Assembly: GCF_003918875.1 (NCBI RefSeq)
Contig: NW_025765448.1
Span: forward strand, 124,001-188,000
Length of the DNA: 64,000 nucleotides
Direction of reading: 5' to 3'
DNA from: Haliotis rubra
Taxonomy: Eukaryota
Made by a program: the position numbers and the translations under genes. The notes beneath the pieces were generated by a model. That model saw nothing but the letters and a program-made list of their open reading frames with translations, was not told the DNA's origin and ran no database searches. Shown in pieces: positions 53,301 to 62,489 of the stretch. Position 1 is the first letter of the stretch, and each line of letters opens with the position of its first letter.

Positions 53301-54330
53301 TGGGGAATCGATCCCGGATCTTCTACGTGACGAGCGGGTCCTTTAACCACTAAGATACCCCACCATATACCATATACACCTCAGGGTGAAGGAAACCTCG
53401 GTATTCCGGACAGTGAAATATCTAGATTAACAAATATCCTGATAAACGAATTGTAGGTAAGAGCATTGATTAATATCATATTTACAAGGTGTCGATTAAC
53501 GGAATAACTTGTCTGAGTATTATGGGCAGTATATATCCTCGAGAAGCATCTTTAATTTCTTAATCTGATAATTGCACGTCAGTGAAATCTCATTATACCG
53601 GAACTGATAGCCCGGAAACCACGTCTTACAGATTATCACTTCCGAGATGTACAAAGGAACATTATTCTATATCCTGACTACAATCCAGACATTTGCAAAT
53701 GCAACAGATGTTACAGAAAGGCGCTATAGCCCATACTCACACGTTCCATTATCATATGGAATTTAGAAAGTGTGCTACAGACTTCGAATGAATTTTGGAC
53801 TGGTAGGGTAGCCGAGTTGCTAAACTCGTCGTTCGAGATGCCGAAGACCCGGGTTCGATACCCCACGAGATTACAATGTGTGAAGCCATTTCCGGTGTTC
53901 CCCGCCGAGTTATTGCTTTAATAATGATAACAGCCGCAGTTCAAATCCATGCTCACTGACATACACGCCCGAATGAATTTCTTTCATAGTTATCATAAAA
54001 ATTTATTTCATAAAAATGAAACACTTTTTTTCCAGAAAATCCACCAAGGTAACAAGTATCAACAAACGCCACACAAACGGGACAAAGAACATGCAAACTG
54101 GCCACCTGAAAGTACGACCATACCAACGTCCTCCCGAATATTTCGATGACCCATATCGCCCGGCCAGTTCATCAGCGGTGTACACAGATATAGAAGACGA
54201 GGTGTGCAACCAGGAAGGGATATACTACACCCCTATAGGGGCAACTGGTTTTGCCCCGTGGTCACCCAACATGACCCCCGTGTCGCACCAGACCCGCCCC
54301 AAGGCCAAACTTCCAGGGTCATATTTCTAA
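23273..54330 (+). CDS. SVEP1-like single-pass receptor (sushi/HYR/GCC2-GCC3/pentraxin-like/EGF/TSP1/TM), 26 coding exons, ~1585 aa, with 3 apparent single-base frame disruptions
   Basis: GT-AG exons with compatible phases from the signal peptide exon 23273-23371 to the stop at 54330; exons are listed separately. Frame breaks at ~37590, ~44113 and ~44540. No vWA domain seen, so it is not called an SVEP1 ortholog. Confidence 0.8.
24228..24453 (+). CDS. Receptor exon: Cys-rich N-terminal module
   Basis: IVNYQLYRDSTC...CITCLNNAWKTTACHE, phase 0/1, open frame. Confidence 0.7.
26129..26258 (+). CDS. Receptor exon: HYR domain 1, first half
   Basis: DYSPPKMTSCEPP...VTWTIPSAVDGKG, phase 1/2. Confidence 0.8.
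26808..30245. repeat. Intronic satellite of 34/36-bp monomers (~100 copies) with higher-order structure
   Basis: Monomer types TAACACCCTGATGACCCTGCATAGATTACCATTA, TAACACCATCATGACTCTGTATAGGTTACCTCTA and a 36-bp variant. Confidence 0.95.
30371..30495 (+). CDS. Receptor exon: HYR domain 1, second half
   Basis: GLEPGSEFQRGYHTISYKATDSKGFSDYCNFAFEV, phase 2/1. Confidence 0.85.
30790..30949. mobile_element. Small degenerate MITE-like inverted repeat
   Basis: TATTCTCGAAATGTTCGTAG ... CTACGAACGTTTCGAGAATA. Confidence 0.5.
31622..31798 (+). CDS. Receptor exon: sushi/CCP domain
   Basis: CQLICDDGYDLVGAAEVTCQQDGSWSSDLPTC, phase 1/1. Confidence 0.9.
31992..33519 (-). mobile_element. Tc1-family DNA transposon (DD34E), full length but frameshifted
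   Basis: TIRs CACTCTCTCAAAAAAGAAACGCAACCC at both ends, with TA at the right flank. The transposase spans ~33192-32187 (MPRLST..., FSDES, FQHDNARPH, SPDINPIEHLW; 34 aa D-to-E) and is split over several frames. Confidence 0.92.
33545..35790 (-). mobile_element. 5'-truncated degenerate non-LTR retrotransposon (RT domain and 3' end; CR1/L2-like group tentative)
   Basis: YRGITLISVPCKVY, EEQNGF, FVDIRKAFDTVDR, KTKVIHFR and YRYLGIWL motifs across broken frames. Confidence 0.85.
35838..36005 (+). CDS. Receptor exon: sushi/CCP domain
   Basis: YGSICSLSCDTSVGF...ICLKTGQWFHPVPQC, phase 1/1. Confidence 0.9.
36528..36779 (+). CDS. Receptor exon: HYR domain 2
   Basis: DTAAPVFDNCP...ATDNSG...YKATDPFGNEAMCTFNIVV, phase 1/1. 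Confidence 0.9.
37409..37607 (+). CDS. Receptor exon: sushi domain with an extra C near its end
   Basis: LTCSPP...CTNDYMYGSECALGC...YWEYNGT[+1]QPFCE. Confidence 0.8.
38252..38440 (+). CDS. Receptor exon: sushi domain
   Basis: CPDLEPPQNGALAC...CSMQCNDKYD...GLWKPSEDFPDC. Confidence 0.9.
38913..39139 (+). CDS. Receptor exon: linker module with furin site RKKR
   Basis: LYYTGECEDEETLLQIKE...VEVTCGELGRKKRDT, phase 1/0. Confidence 0.85.
39638..39947 (+). CDS. Receptor exon: second furin site RKRR and helical module
   Basis: TDPETYNLTTQSRKRRSTV...LVCGEGMWGNAQTASC, phase 0/1. Confidence 0.8.
40283..40444 (+). CDS. Receptor exon: GCC2/GCC3 (ephrin-receptor-like) Cys repeat
   Basis: CPTGTMY...CSTCPVGFYQDEDHSFSCKSCPQGSTT. 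Confidence 0.9.
40530..41095 (+). mobile_element. Degenerate Tc1-like transposon fragment
   Basis: Residual motifs VMV.GGIT, YYRDNVLQ and F.HNNARAHRA at 40890-41070. Confidence 0.5.
41132..41633. mobile_element. Non-autonomous TIR element (MITE) with an internal 41-bp tandem repeat x3 (41438-41560)
   Basis: Ends GCGGTCACATCTTACGGACACG and CGTGACCGTAAGATGTGACCGC are ~30-bp inverted repeats. Confidence 0.7.
41945..42106 (+). CDS. Receptor exon: GCC2/GCC3 repeat
   Basis: CTPGHVSLYGVEPCAPCRIGEYHP...CFTCPPGTTT. Confidence 0.9.
42089..42569. repeat. 80-bp minisatellite x6 spanning an exon end and splice donor
   Basis: ACTCACAACAGTGTCTGT|GTAGGTAGTC... with period 80. Confidence 0.95.
42604..42712. 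mobile_element. 109-bp palindromic MITE, PIF/Harbinger-like
   Basis: GGGCCTCGTTTTACAAAG...CTTTGTGAAACGGGGCCC with 3-bp flanks CTA/TTA. Confidence 0.65.
43159..43354 (+). CDS. Receptor exon: pentraxin/LamG-like domain, part 1
   Basis: NDFTLTMWMK motif, phase 1/2. Confidence 0.75.
43683..43973. repeat. ~143-bp tandem duplication x2
   Basis: TTGTTATTTCCAATTAGGGGAAAAGATGAGC at 43683 and 43826. Confidence 0.9.
44021..44215 (+). CDS. Receptor exon: pentraxin/LamG-like domain, part 2 (frame break ~44113)
   Basis: GVWAFLALTFTG...LRL then TAA; the +1 frame is open to the donor. Confidence 0.7.
44511..44683 (+). CDS. Receptor exon: pentraxin/LamG-like domain, part 3 (frame break ~44540)
   Basis: GATIRSMYLLK[-1]RTLLPDEISTTAATC. 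Confidence 0.7.
45554..45784 (+). CDS. Receptor exon: two EGF-like domains
   Basis: YTCVCQNGFTGEDC and YSCICAHGYQGMLC. Confidence 0.9.
45751..46357. repeat. ~58-70-bp minisatellite, ~10 copies, spanning the EGF exon end and donor
   Basis: GGGTATCAAGGAATGTTGTGTGGGTCACACATTG|GTAGGTGACAGTG repeated. Confidence 0.95.
46681..46851 (+). CDS. Receptor exon: thrombospondin type-1 repeat
   Basis: GGYSEWSEWSTCSKTCGGGETTRSRAC. Confidence 0.92.
47571..47812 (+). mobile_element. SINE-like family 2, representative copy
   Basis: ACCCGTGAAGAT...GAGGCGACTAACGGGAT...GCTGGAATATTGCTGAGTGCGGCGTAAAAC(ACTC)n. Other copies near 7665, 26495, 38445, 40011, 42848, 44860, 52606 and 56931. Confidence 0.85.
47989..48180 (+). 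CDS. Receptor exon: sushi-like domain
   Basis: CSVACLPGYF...FTCKEGVWTPSLTLTSC. Confidence 0.85.
49005..49274 (+). CDS. Receptor exon: membrane-proximal linker module, part 1
   Basis: DVTSPSALTL...LAGYIRTNT, phase 1/1. Confidence 0.8.
49392..49580 (+). CDS. Receptor exon: membrane-proximal linker module, part 2
   Basis: ASVGLQRV...AECPVGSVADSGFC, phase 1/1. Confidence 0.8.
49987..50150 (+). mobile_element. tRNA-derived SINE family 1, representative copy
   Basis: A box TAGCTAAGTGG, B box GGTTCGATT, (ACTC)n tail. Other copies near 3076, 4043, 10086, 11728, 12676, 15490, 19394, 21015, 23520, 25095, 25518, 39219, 39420, 44375, 48181, 50350, 53193, 53800, 54352 and 63665. Confidence 0.88.
50350..50518 (-). 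mobile_element. SINE family 1 copy
   Basis: Reverse complement of the family consensus. Confidence 0.85.
50993..51154 (+). CDS. Receptor exon: GCC2/GCC3 repeat
   Basis: CSAGMYY...CGKGTYQDQTGQLSCQPCPPGKTT. Confidence 0.9.
51413..51460 (+). CDS. Receptor micro-exon: stalk
   Basis: 48 nt, DTESDPQPTETKNNQE, phase 1/1, strong splice sites. Confidence 0.6.
52020..52100 (+). CDS. Receptor exon: Ser/Thr/Pro stalk
   Basis: 81 nt, ESGLTPNSAEATPTRSSGNVDTNLGQP, phase 1/1. Confidence 0.65.
52453..52582 (+). CDS. Receptor exon: transmembrane helix
   Basis: TIIMIVGSAAALGGLGIIIAFSVVIYKK, phase 1/2. Confidence 0.85.
54036..54330 (+). CDS. Receptor last exon: Tyr-rich cytoplasmic tail
   Basis: In frame after a phase-2 intron; ends ...KLPGSYF*. 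Confidence 0.8.
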
Positions 54331-56269
54331 CAGAATTTCTGCGGCTCTTTTGGGGTGGTTGGATAGCCTGATGGTTAAAGCGTCCGGGTCAGATGGCCCA
54401 CATGGGTACAATGTGTGAAGCCCATTTCCACTGTCCATGAAACTGCTGGAATATTGCTAAAGCGGCGTCAAAGTATATTCACTCACTCACTTCGGCTAAT
54501 TTTCAATGAAACAGATGCATGGAACATTCTTTTACTGTACACAACATTTCATATCTTAGAGGATATAGTTGATAAACAATTTTGGTATGTTGATTTTCGA
54601 ACAATGTCTATTGTTTTGACAGCTTCAATCGGTGTTGACGGCTCACAAAGCATTTGTCTGTTGACATTCCAGACTGAAACGTTGATGATATAACTAATCT
54701 GTTGGAATTATTCGGATCAGATATTGGGAGTGAGATTGGTTTAGTGGCCCTTTGAATTGTATCTTAAATTAAGGGGTACCAGCTTTATGCAATGTCGCTA
54801 ATCTTCATAATCTTGTGTAACCTGTGAGCTAACAATCCTTGAAACATTACGACGAACCGGGACAGGTGCCTGGCAGTTCAAAGGGAGGCAACTCTGTTCA
54901 ACAGCCTTCTCAATGCATCTCGGTTGATGAATTTACAACTCTGTCTATATAAGGGGCTATAATTCCAGTGACGAATGTGTATAACTGTAACAAATGTGTA
55001 ACTAACCCTGAGTCAAAATAACTCAGGTGTATTCAGTGTTTTAAGTGACATTTTAGAAGTTGATATGACAAAGACGAACACGTTTTATGGACAGACAACT
55101 TTCTTTATTGCAGTGGTGATCACTTGCTTGATAACGGTGTTAGCATCTACACTGAAACGTCGCATCTACTGCAATACAGAAGTTTCTGTCCATTAAACTT
55201 ATTCGTCTTCGTCTTATATTCGATCTGTCACGCCTTAAATATATTTCACACCCTGTTGTCATTCTACTGTAGTGTACATGCCATTGTGTGTATATATATA
55301 TATAGCCACATGCTGACACAATTATCATACGGCACTCACGTGTTTAGTGAGTTTAGCTTTAAGCCGCACTCGGCACTCACGTGTTAAGTGCGGACCCTTG
55401 TAAACAATGCCGTTTCCTTGACAACGAGCATTATATCATTTAATGAAATATGACGTTATAGCTAATTCTTGTCAAAAGTGTTGTTTGTTTATGCTTTGTT
55501 TTTTTCTGTGTTGATTTTGTTTTGTTTCTTTTTTAGTTCTTTTAGTGACTTTATCATGCTAAGGATGAATCAATCCCGAGAGCCCTCGGTCTGTTCAGCT
55601 GGTCTCCTATGTATGGCAATGAATGGACGTCTTGTACATAAATGATGCCCTCAAAAATAGCGTTTCGAATATCCTTTGTACGTTCTTAGCACCGAAAGCA
55701 AATTGTATATGTATATATATATATATATTAAATCATTTTCGAAATGAATATTCTCATAAGTATAAATATCTTTGTGGAGATGTTGAAGATACTGCTCTAT
55801 AAATGTTTGGATTGCATGGTGTCTGTGGCTACTGTTGTCTCTGTTATTGCAGCGTGGATGTAACGAAGTAAAATTGCCCTCAAACTGTTACCCCGTGGGG
55901 ACAAAGGGTGGAATCTGTCCCCAGCATTCCGTTGCTAGTCTTAAGAGGCGACTGGCTTGGGCAACCGGTTTGCTGTGGGTTGAATCCCTCTGTCAATGAC
56001 AGAAAGAAAGGGAGTCAGGTGCTTGAGGGAACCGAGGCCGGCTATAGTGTCCCCTGCAGTCGAATACACCACTTTGACCCTCCCTGCCTAGAATTGTAGA
56101 ATGGCCTCGGTTTGTTGATTCGGCTGCTCATACCGAGCCCACTGTGTAAAACATATATTTTGTTTCGTCTTAATCAAAAACTTTATGCTATCAATGTTCC
56201 TAGAGGCGTTTGTCACAATGCTCAGGGGCCAAACTGGTGATGATGTTTTTTGTTGGTTTTTTTTCAAAA

Positions 56270-56800
56270 ATATTTCTATTCAGTTCAAGAGTATACATAT
56301 ATTAACATAGGCTTTACATACACCACATTAATTCAATCTAGATACATTTAAATGTCAAATATCTAAATGTCAAATACATTTTCACATGTTTATACCAAAA
56401 GATATACTGAGACTGGAACTATTGAAGCATACCCACCAGTGGTCTCCATTTTTGCCCAAATTTATGTTCTTTATTGTTCTTTGTTACAGTACATCTTTCT
56501 GTTTTCAATTTCTCTTGAAGAGATTTCTTGAAGCTCCAAAATACAGGAATGTTATTTTTTATGCTCATATTATGTATGTATTTCTTGGCTAGGAGAATAA
56601 TATGATTTATAAGAATCTGAGTACTGGGAACCAAAAGAGAATATGTTTGTTTCAAAATTCTTCTTATGGGCTGAACCAACACTGCTTTTTAACCATAGTT
56701 GGTGAAGTAGATCATCCCTGTATCCCTTGTGTTTGCACGTTGGATATCCAACGGATTGGCCTTGAAGCAGAGATGCTGATTCACTTTCTTTCACCATGTC
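56270..56800 (-). mobile_element. L1/Tx1-type LINE 3' fragment
   Basis: LINHIILLAKKYIH...FKKSLQEKLKTE...KFGQKWRPL is typical of an L1/Tx1 ORF2 C-terminus. Confidence 0.7.
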
Positions 56801-56930
56801 TCAACAATACTCTGGGGGCAGTCTAGCCTAGTGGTTAGAGTGCTCGCTCGTCACGCCTGGGTTCGACTGTGAGAGCTGAAGACTTTGACTTGTTGAGTGC
56901 TGGCCGTGCAACTGGTTTGCTGTCTAACAA

Positions 56931-57227
56931 AGTGAGTGAGTGAATGAGTTTAGTTTTACACCACACTCGGCAATATTCCATATATATGGCGGCGGTCTGT
57001 AAATAATCGAGTCATTCGAGACATTCCAGTGATCAACATCATGAGCATCGATCAAAGCAATTGGGATACGATTACATCTGTTGACCAAGTCAGCGAGTCT
57101 GACCACCCGATCCCGATAGTTGCCTCTTACGACAAGCATGGGTTACTGAAGATCAATTCTAATCCGGATCTTCACGGGGGAGACACGCATGGGTTACTGA
57201 AGATCAAGTCTAACCCGGATCTTCACG
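56931..57227 (-). mobile_element. SINE-like family 2 copy with a duplicated 5' end
   Basis: Reverse complement of 47571-47812; the ~40-bp GCATGGGTTACTGAAGATCAA...CTTCACG block is present twice. Confidence 0.8.
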
Positions 57228-58314
57228 TGTCCACAGAAAGAAAGGGAGTCAGGTGTCACGATCATGTCCCAAACGTGAGTTATAGGGTAAAGATCGGGAA
57301 TTAGAATTCTGGTGATGTTTTGCTGCAGGTGATAGTCAATTGCAACACGTGCTCGGTAGTTATCGAGCGTTATCGAGTCTTAAGGACACAACAGCATAGC
57401 ACTAACGATACACCTACTGGTACCAGTATGTTGTCCTCGCTAGTTATGCCCCGCGACCTTTCCATTGGCAATATGAAGTGGCTCCGACCAGTCGCCACCT
57501 ATCATACAATCTGCCAGGTCGTCTTACCGCGTATCCAGAAATATCCAGAATGATTCTCGTCTCTTCTGAAACCTTAAACAAAACCATCGGCATTTTCCCC
57601 AGTGTCTACGGTCTAAACCCATTGGCCTCTGGCTGGAATATGTAGATTTGTTATGGTGGTTAAGTGGTCACCGAGATTCGCTTGTGGTCAGTAACCTGAC
57701 CTCCGGTGGCCTTGGGCAACATGTTGCTACACATCACATAACGAGTCATATTCAACAGATTGGCTACCTTTCGCTTGTTCTGGTGTGAACCATGCCACTT
57801 GTCCTCATTCGTTCGTGACAATCAAGACGATACATTTCTAATTCTTATCTGTTTACAAATTGGGCATGAGTATTCAGTTTTGAGAACAAACGGGCTATAA
57901 AGATCTACAATACTTACAACAAGCAAAGAAAGTCAAAATTCTCCAAAGCGACATTTGTCGCAAGATCGCATTGTCGTGAAATCTGACTGTTGTTTTTTGG
58001 TTGTTGTGGTTGTTTTGGTGTTTTTGCAACAACATCCCTTCTAGGATTCCATACTTTTTCCATAAAAGCAGCATATTCTCTTCAAATAGGAAATGATTTC
58101 TTTCTGAATATTCTTTTGCCAATATACCGAGGCATAAGGTTGGCTGTTATAATATTGTGCGTAAAAGTCGCGCCTTGAACACATTCAGATTTCAATAATG
58201 TTGATAATTCTGCAGATCTGGTACACCCGCTGATCTCACCACCTATCATTGTTATTAAAATGTCATGTAAATAGGAAAACCAGATCTATGGTGATAAATT
58301 AAAATGATCACTAT

Positions 58315-59008
58315 CACCCCTTTATTTAACTCACAGGTACCTGATATGATTCCCCGGCCACCCTTATTTAACTCACAAGTTTCTGATATGATTCCCCGAC
58401 CACCTCTTTATTTAACTCACAGGTACCTGATATGACTCCCGGACCACCCCTTTATTTAACTCACAGGTACCTGATACGATTCCCCGACCACCCCTTTATT
58501 TAACTCACAGGTACCTGATACGATTCCCCGACCACCCCTTCATTTAACTCACAGGTACCTGATACGATTCCCCGACCACCCTTTATTTAACTCACAGGTA
58601 CCTGATACGATTCCCCGACCACCCCTTTATTTAACTCACAGGTACCTGATATGATTCCCCGACCACCCCTTTATTTAACTCACAGGTACCTGATACGATT
58701 CCCCGACCACCCCTTTATTTAACTCACAGGTACCTGATATGATTCCCCGACCACCCCTTTATTTAACTCACAGGTACCTGATACGATTCCCCGACCACCC
58801 CTTTATTTAACTCACAGGTACCTGATACGATTCCCCGACCACCCCTTTATTTAACTCACAGGTACCTCATATGATTCCCCGACCACCCCTTTATTTAACT
58901 CACAGGTACCTGATATGACTCCCCGGCCACCCCTATATTTAACTCACAGGTACCTGATACGATTCCCCGACCACCCTTTATTTAACTCACAGGTACCTGT
59001 TACGATTC
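58315..59008. repeat. 44-bp minisatellite, ~16 copies
   Basis: TTTATTTAACTCACAGGTACCTGATACGATTCCCCGACCACCCC. Confidence 0.95.
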
Positions 59009-59634
59009 ATCACAGTAGTTATCGGGTGTACTCCTCCCTGGACGACTACCCCAGGCCACTTGCCCCAAGAACACTGCCCACCCAGGACAACTGAAATTCA
59101 AACCGACTGTTCCAGTTATCTAATTAGATCTAAAGTACAAGGAGAAATAGTGTGGTAACGGCGAAAAACATTCGGATGTAAATCAAAGAGCTTGTTTGAC
59201 CGTTGAAGATATAACAAGTGATTCCACAGGACGCTTGTGCCATCAAGAAAATCACTTACGCCAAGCCAGGGGCCTTCAAACCAATTAGGCCCATGAAAGA
59301 GGCACTTAGTTTTTCCAGTAGATCAGCATAGGATTTATGTAAATATGAACACAAGGCTGAAAAAGGACATGTTTCAAGGGTATTGACATGTCACTTAAAT
59401 CCTGAGGGCCTGACATTGACATTTCAAATGTAGAATAGATTTTTCAAATTACCAGTGTCACATGAAGCGGAAGGTTTTATCCATGCTTGACTTCTGGCAT
59501 TGTAAGTTAGAGTCCAGTTCAGTGAGGTCCAAGTTGGGTTTGTTGTTTTTTAGGATGACAAGAAATTTAGGCTACGTTTAGAGAACTATTTTTATTGTTA
59601 CTTAGCTTAATGGAGTGACGTGCAGCTTGATCAC

Positions 59635-60065
59635 TACTTTCTCAATCTCAAAACCCACCCAAAGTTCTCAAATATGAAACATACCCCTACTTTGTGTGAT
59701 TCGAAATATATTCCTGCATTCACCAGCTTGAAACGCATCGCTACCTTCTAAACCTCAAAACTCAACCCTACTATCTCAAACTTGAAATAAACCCCTACTT
59801 TCAGAGTTCATTAACTTGAAACGCGTCTCCACATTCTCAACCTCAAAAATCATTCTTACTATCTCAAACTTGAAATTAACCTCTACTTTCTGTGATTTGA
59901 AACACATTCCGACTTTCACCAACTTGAAACGCATCACAACATTCTCAACATCCGTACTTTCTGAAACTTGAAACATATCCGTACTTTCTCAAACTTGAAA
60001 CATATCCCTACTTTCTTAAACCTAAAACATACCCCTATTTTCTGTGATTTGAAACACATTCCTAC
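59635..60065. repeat. Degenerate ~30-bp tandem repeat
   Basis: CTACTTTCTCAAACTTGAAACATATCC-like units. Confidence 0.7.
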
Positions 60066-60322
60066 GAATACATCTTATGGATGTCAACTTCCTGATTATG
60101 AGGAGCACAACGTTACAGAGTACTTACGCTTTCATCAGGTACATACTCCGAAACCTTGTGTTCCTCATAATAAAGACGTTGACATCCATAAAATCCTCTT
60201 TCTCATTTATATGATAGTATTTTAAGTCCTTCCACAACATCAACTATTACCGTTGCTACCATAACTAATGCAGCTTCTACGAATGCTATACTTCCATTGC
60301 TAAAGTCTACAACAAACTATTG

Positions 60323-61770
60323 CTACTGATGAATATTATAATGTTCCTGTGACTAATGAATATTATAATGTTCCTGTGACTAATGAATATTATAATGTTC
60401 CTGTGACTAATGAATATTATAATGTTCCTGTGACTAATGAATATTATAATGTTCCTGTGACTGATGAATATTATAATGTTCCTGTGACTGATGAATATTA
60501 TAATGTTCCTGTGACTGATGAATATTATAATGTTCCTGTGACTGATGAATATTATAATGTTCCTGTAACTAATGAATATTATAATGTTCCTGTGACTAAT
60601 GAATATTATAATGTTCCTGTGACTAATGAATATTATAATGTTCCTGTGACTAATGAATATTATAATGTTCCTGTGACTAATGAATATTATAATGTTCCTG
60701 TGACTAATGAATATTATAATGTTCCTGTGACTAATGAATATTATAATGTTCCTGTGACTAATGAATATTATAATGTTCCTGTGACTAATGAATATTATAA
60801 TGTTCCTGTGACTAATGAATATTATAATGTTCCTGTGACTAATGAATATTATAATGTTCCTGTGACTAATAGTTATAATGTTCCTGTGACTAATGAATAT
60901 TATAATGTTCCTGTGACTAATGAATATTATAATGTTCCTGTGACTAATGAATATTATAATGTTCCTGTGACTAATGAATATTATAATGTTCCTGTGACTA
61001 ATGAATATTATAATGTTCCTGTGACTAATGAATATTATAATGTTCCTGTGACTAATGAATATTATAATGTTCCTGTGACTAATGAATATTATAATGTTCC
61101 TGTGACTAATGAATATTATAATGTTCCTGTGACTAATGAATATTATAATGTTCCTGTGACTAATGAATATTTTAATGTTCCTGTGACTAATGAATATTAT
61201 AATGTTCCTGTGACTAATGAATATTATAATGTTCCTGTGACTAATGAATATTATAATGTTCCTGTGACTAATAGTTATAATGTTCCTGTGACTAATGAAT
61301 ATTATAATGTTCCTGTGACTAATGAATATTATAATGTTCCTGTGACTAATGAATATTATAATGTTCCTGTGACTAATGAATATTATAATGTTCCTGTGAC
61401 TAATGAATATTATAATGTTCCTGTGACTAATAGTTATAATGTTCCTGTGACTAATGAATATTATAATGTTCCTGTGACTAATGAATATCATAATGTTCCT
61501 GTGACTAATGAATATTATAATGTTCCTGTGACTAATGAATATTATAATGTTCCTGTGACTAATGAATATTATAATGTTCCTGTGACTAATGAATATTATA
61601 ATGTTCCTGTGACTAATGAATATTATAATGTTCCTGTGACTAATAGTTATAATGTTCCTGTGACTAATGAATATTATAATGTTCCTGTGACTAATGAATA
61701 TTATAATGTTCCTGTGACTAATAGTTATAATGTTCCTGTGACTAATGAATATTATAATGTTCCTGTGAAC
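60323..61770. repeat. 27-bp satellite (~54 copies, with 24-bp variants)
   Basis: ACTAATGAATATTATAATGTTCCTGTG, nearly perfect. Confidence 0.97.
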
Positions 61771-62433
61771 TAACATAAGACGGATGCCAGCATTGATAAA
61801 GACAATACTCAGTACACGATTAACTCCGTTCTTTCATACCATGTCAGTTACCACACACACATACCACAGTCTGGTTCAATAACGCTGGAAATATATAGTC
61901 TTAATTAATAAAAAGAGTCATAATTAGAATATATGAACCGACTGTGTTTCCGTATCATTAATATCATATATTAGGAATACAAATTATATTATGCAAGCCT
62001 CCATTACACGATAAATATTCATTAAAAGCTAATAAATTATATGCTTTCGATTCCATTCATTTTGTCCAAATGAAAAAAAGGAATGTGTCTTAAGATCTAC
62101 AGGTACATTGTATAATGTATACGAACGCTTACAGAGGCTATAACGTTGGAAAACATAAGTAACAAGTTTACATAACCGAATATTGATTTCATTGTAGTCA
62201 CAATCATTATGCTTGGTTAGTGCTGAATAGTTTTAATCAATCACAGTTTACCCTCTGGATATAATCAGTATAATGTGATAACGTGAACACTCTGATGTGT
62301 CCGCGGGCTCTTCCCAGCTCACCCTCAATTGACCCACCCTGTACATTACCTCACATTACGTGTCATTCATTGACTGGATGATCATTCTGCTTAACATTAC
62401 GCAATCAGTAACTAGCATTTACTGTCGAGTTCG

Positions 62434-62441
62434 TATATAAG
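62434..62441 (+). promoter_or_regulatory. TATA box of the F-type lectin gene
   Basis: TATATAAG ~55 nt upstream of the ATG, which is in AACATGG context. Confidence 0.55.
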
Positions 62442-62489
62442 CCCTCAGTTTACAGATCCAAGCATCATTCGCTCTCCATCTCATCCAAC

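Noticed and set aside
23273-54330. Assigning the symbol SVEP1 or uif
   Set aside because: The domain set overlaps, but the architecture differs (no vWA or CUB; has TSP1 and TM). Orthology cannot be shown without a phylogeny.
60307-61776. 474-489 aa ORFs on both strands, (TNEYYNVPV)n and (SHRNIIIFI)n
   Set aside because: The 27-bp unit is a multiple of 3 and happens to be stop-free in these frames. There is no synonymous variation pattern, signal peptide or convincing splice sites, so it is a satellite and not a gene.
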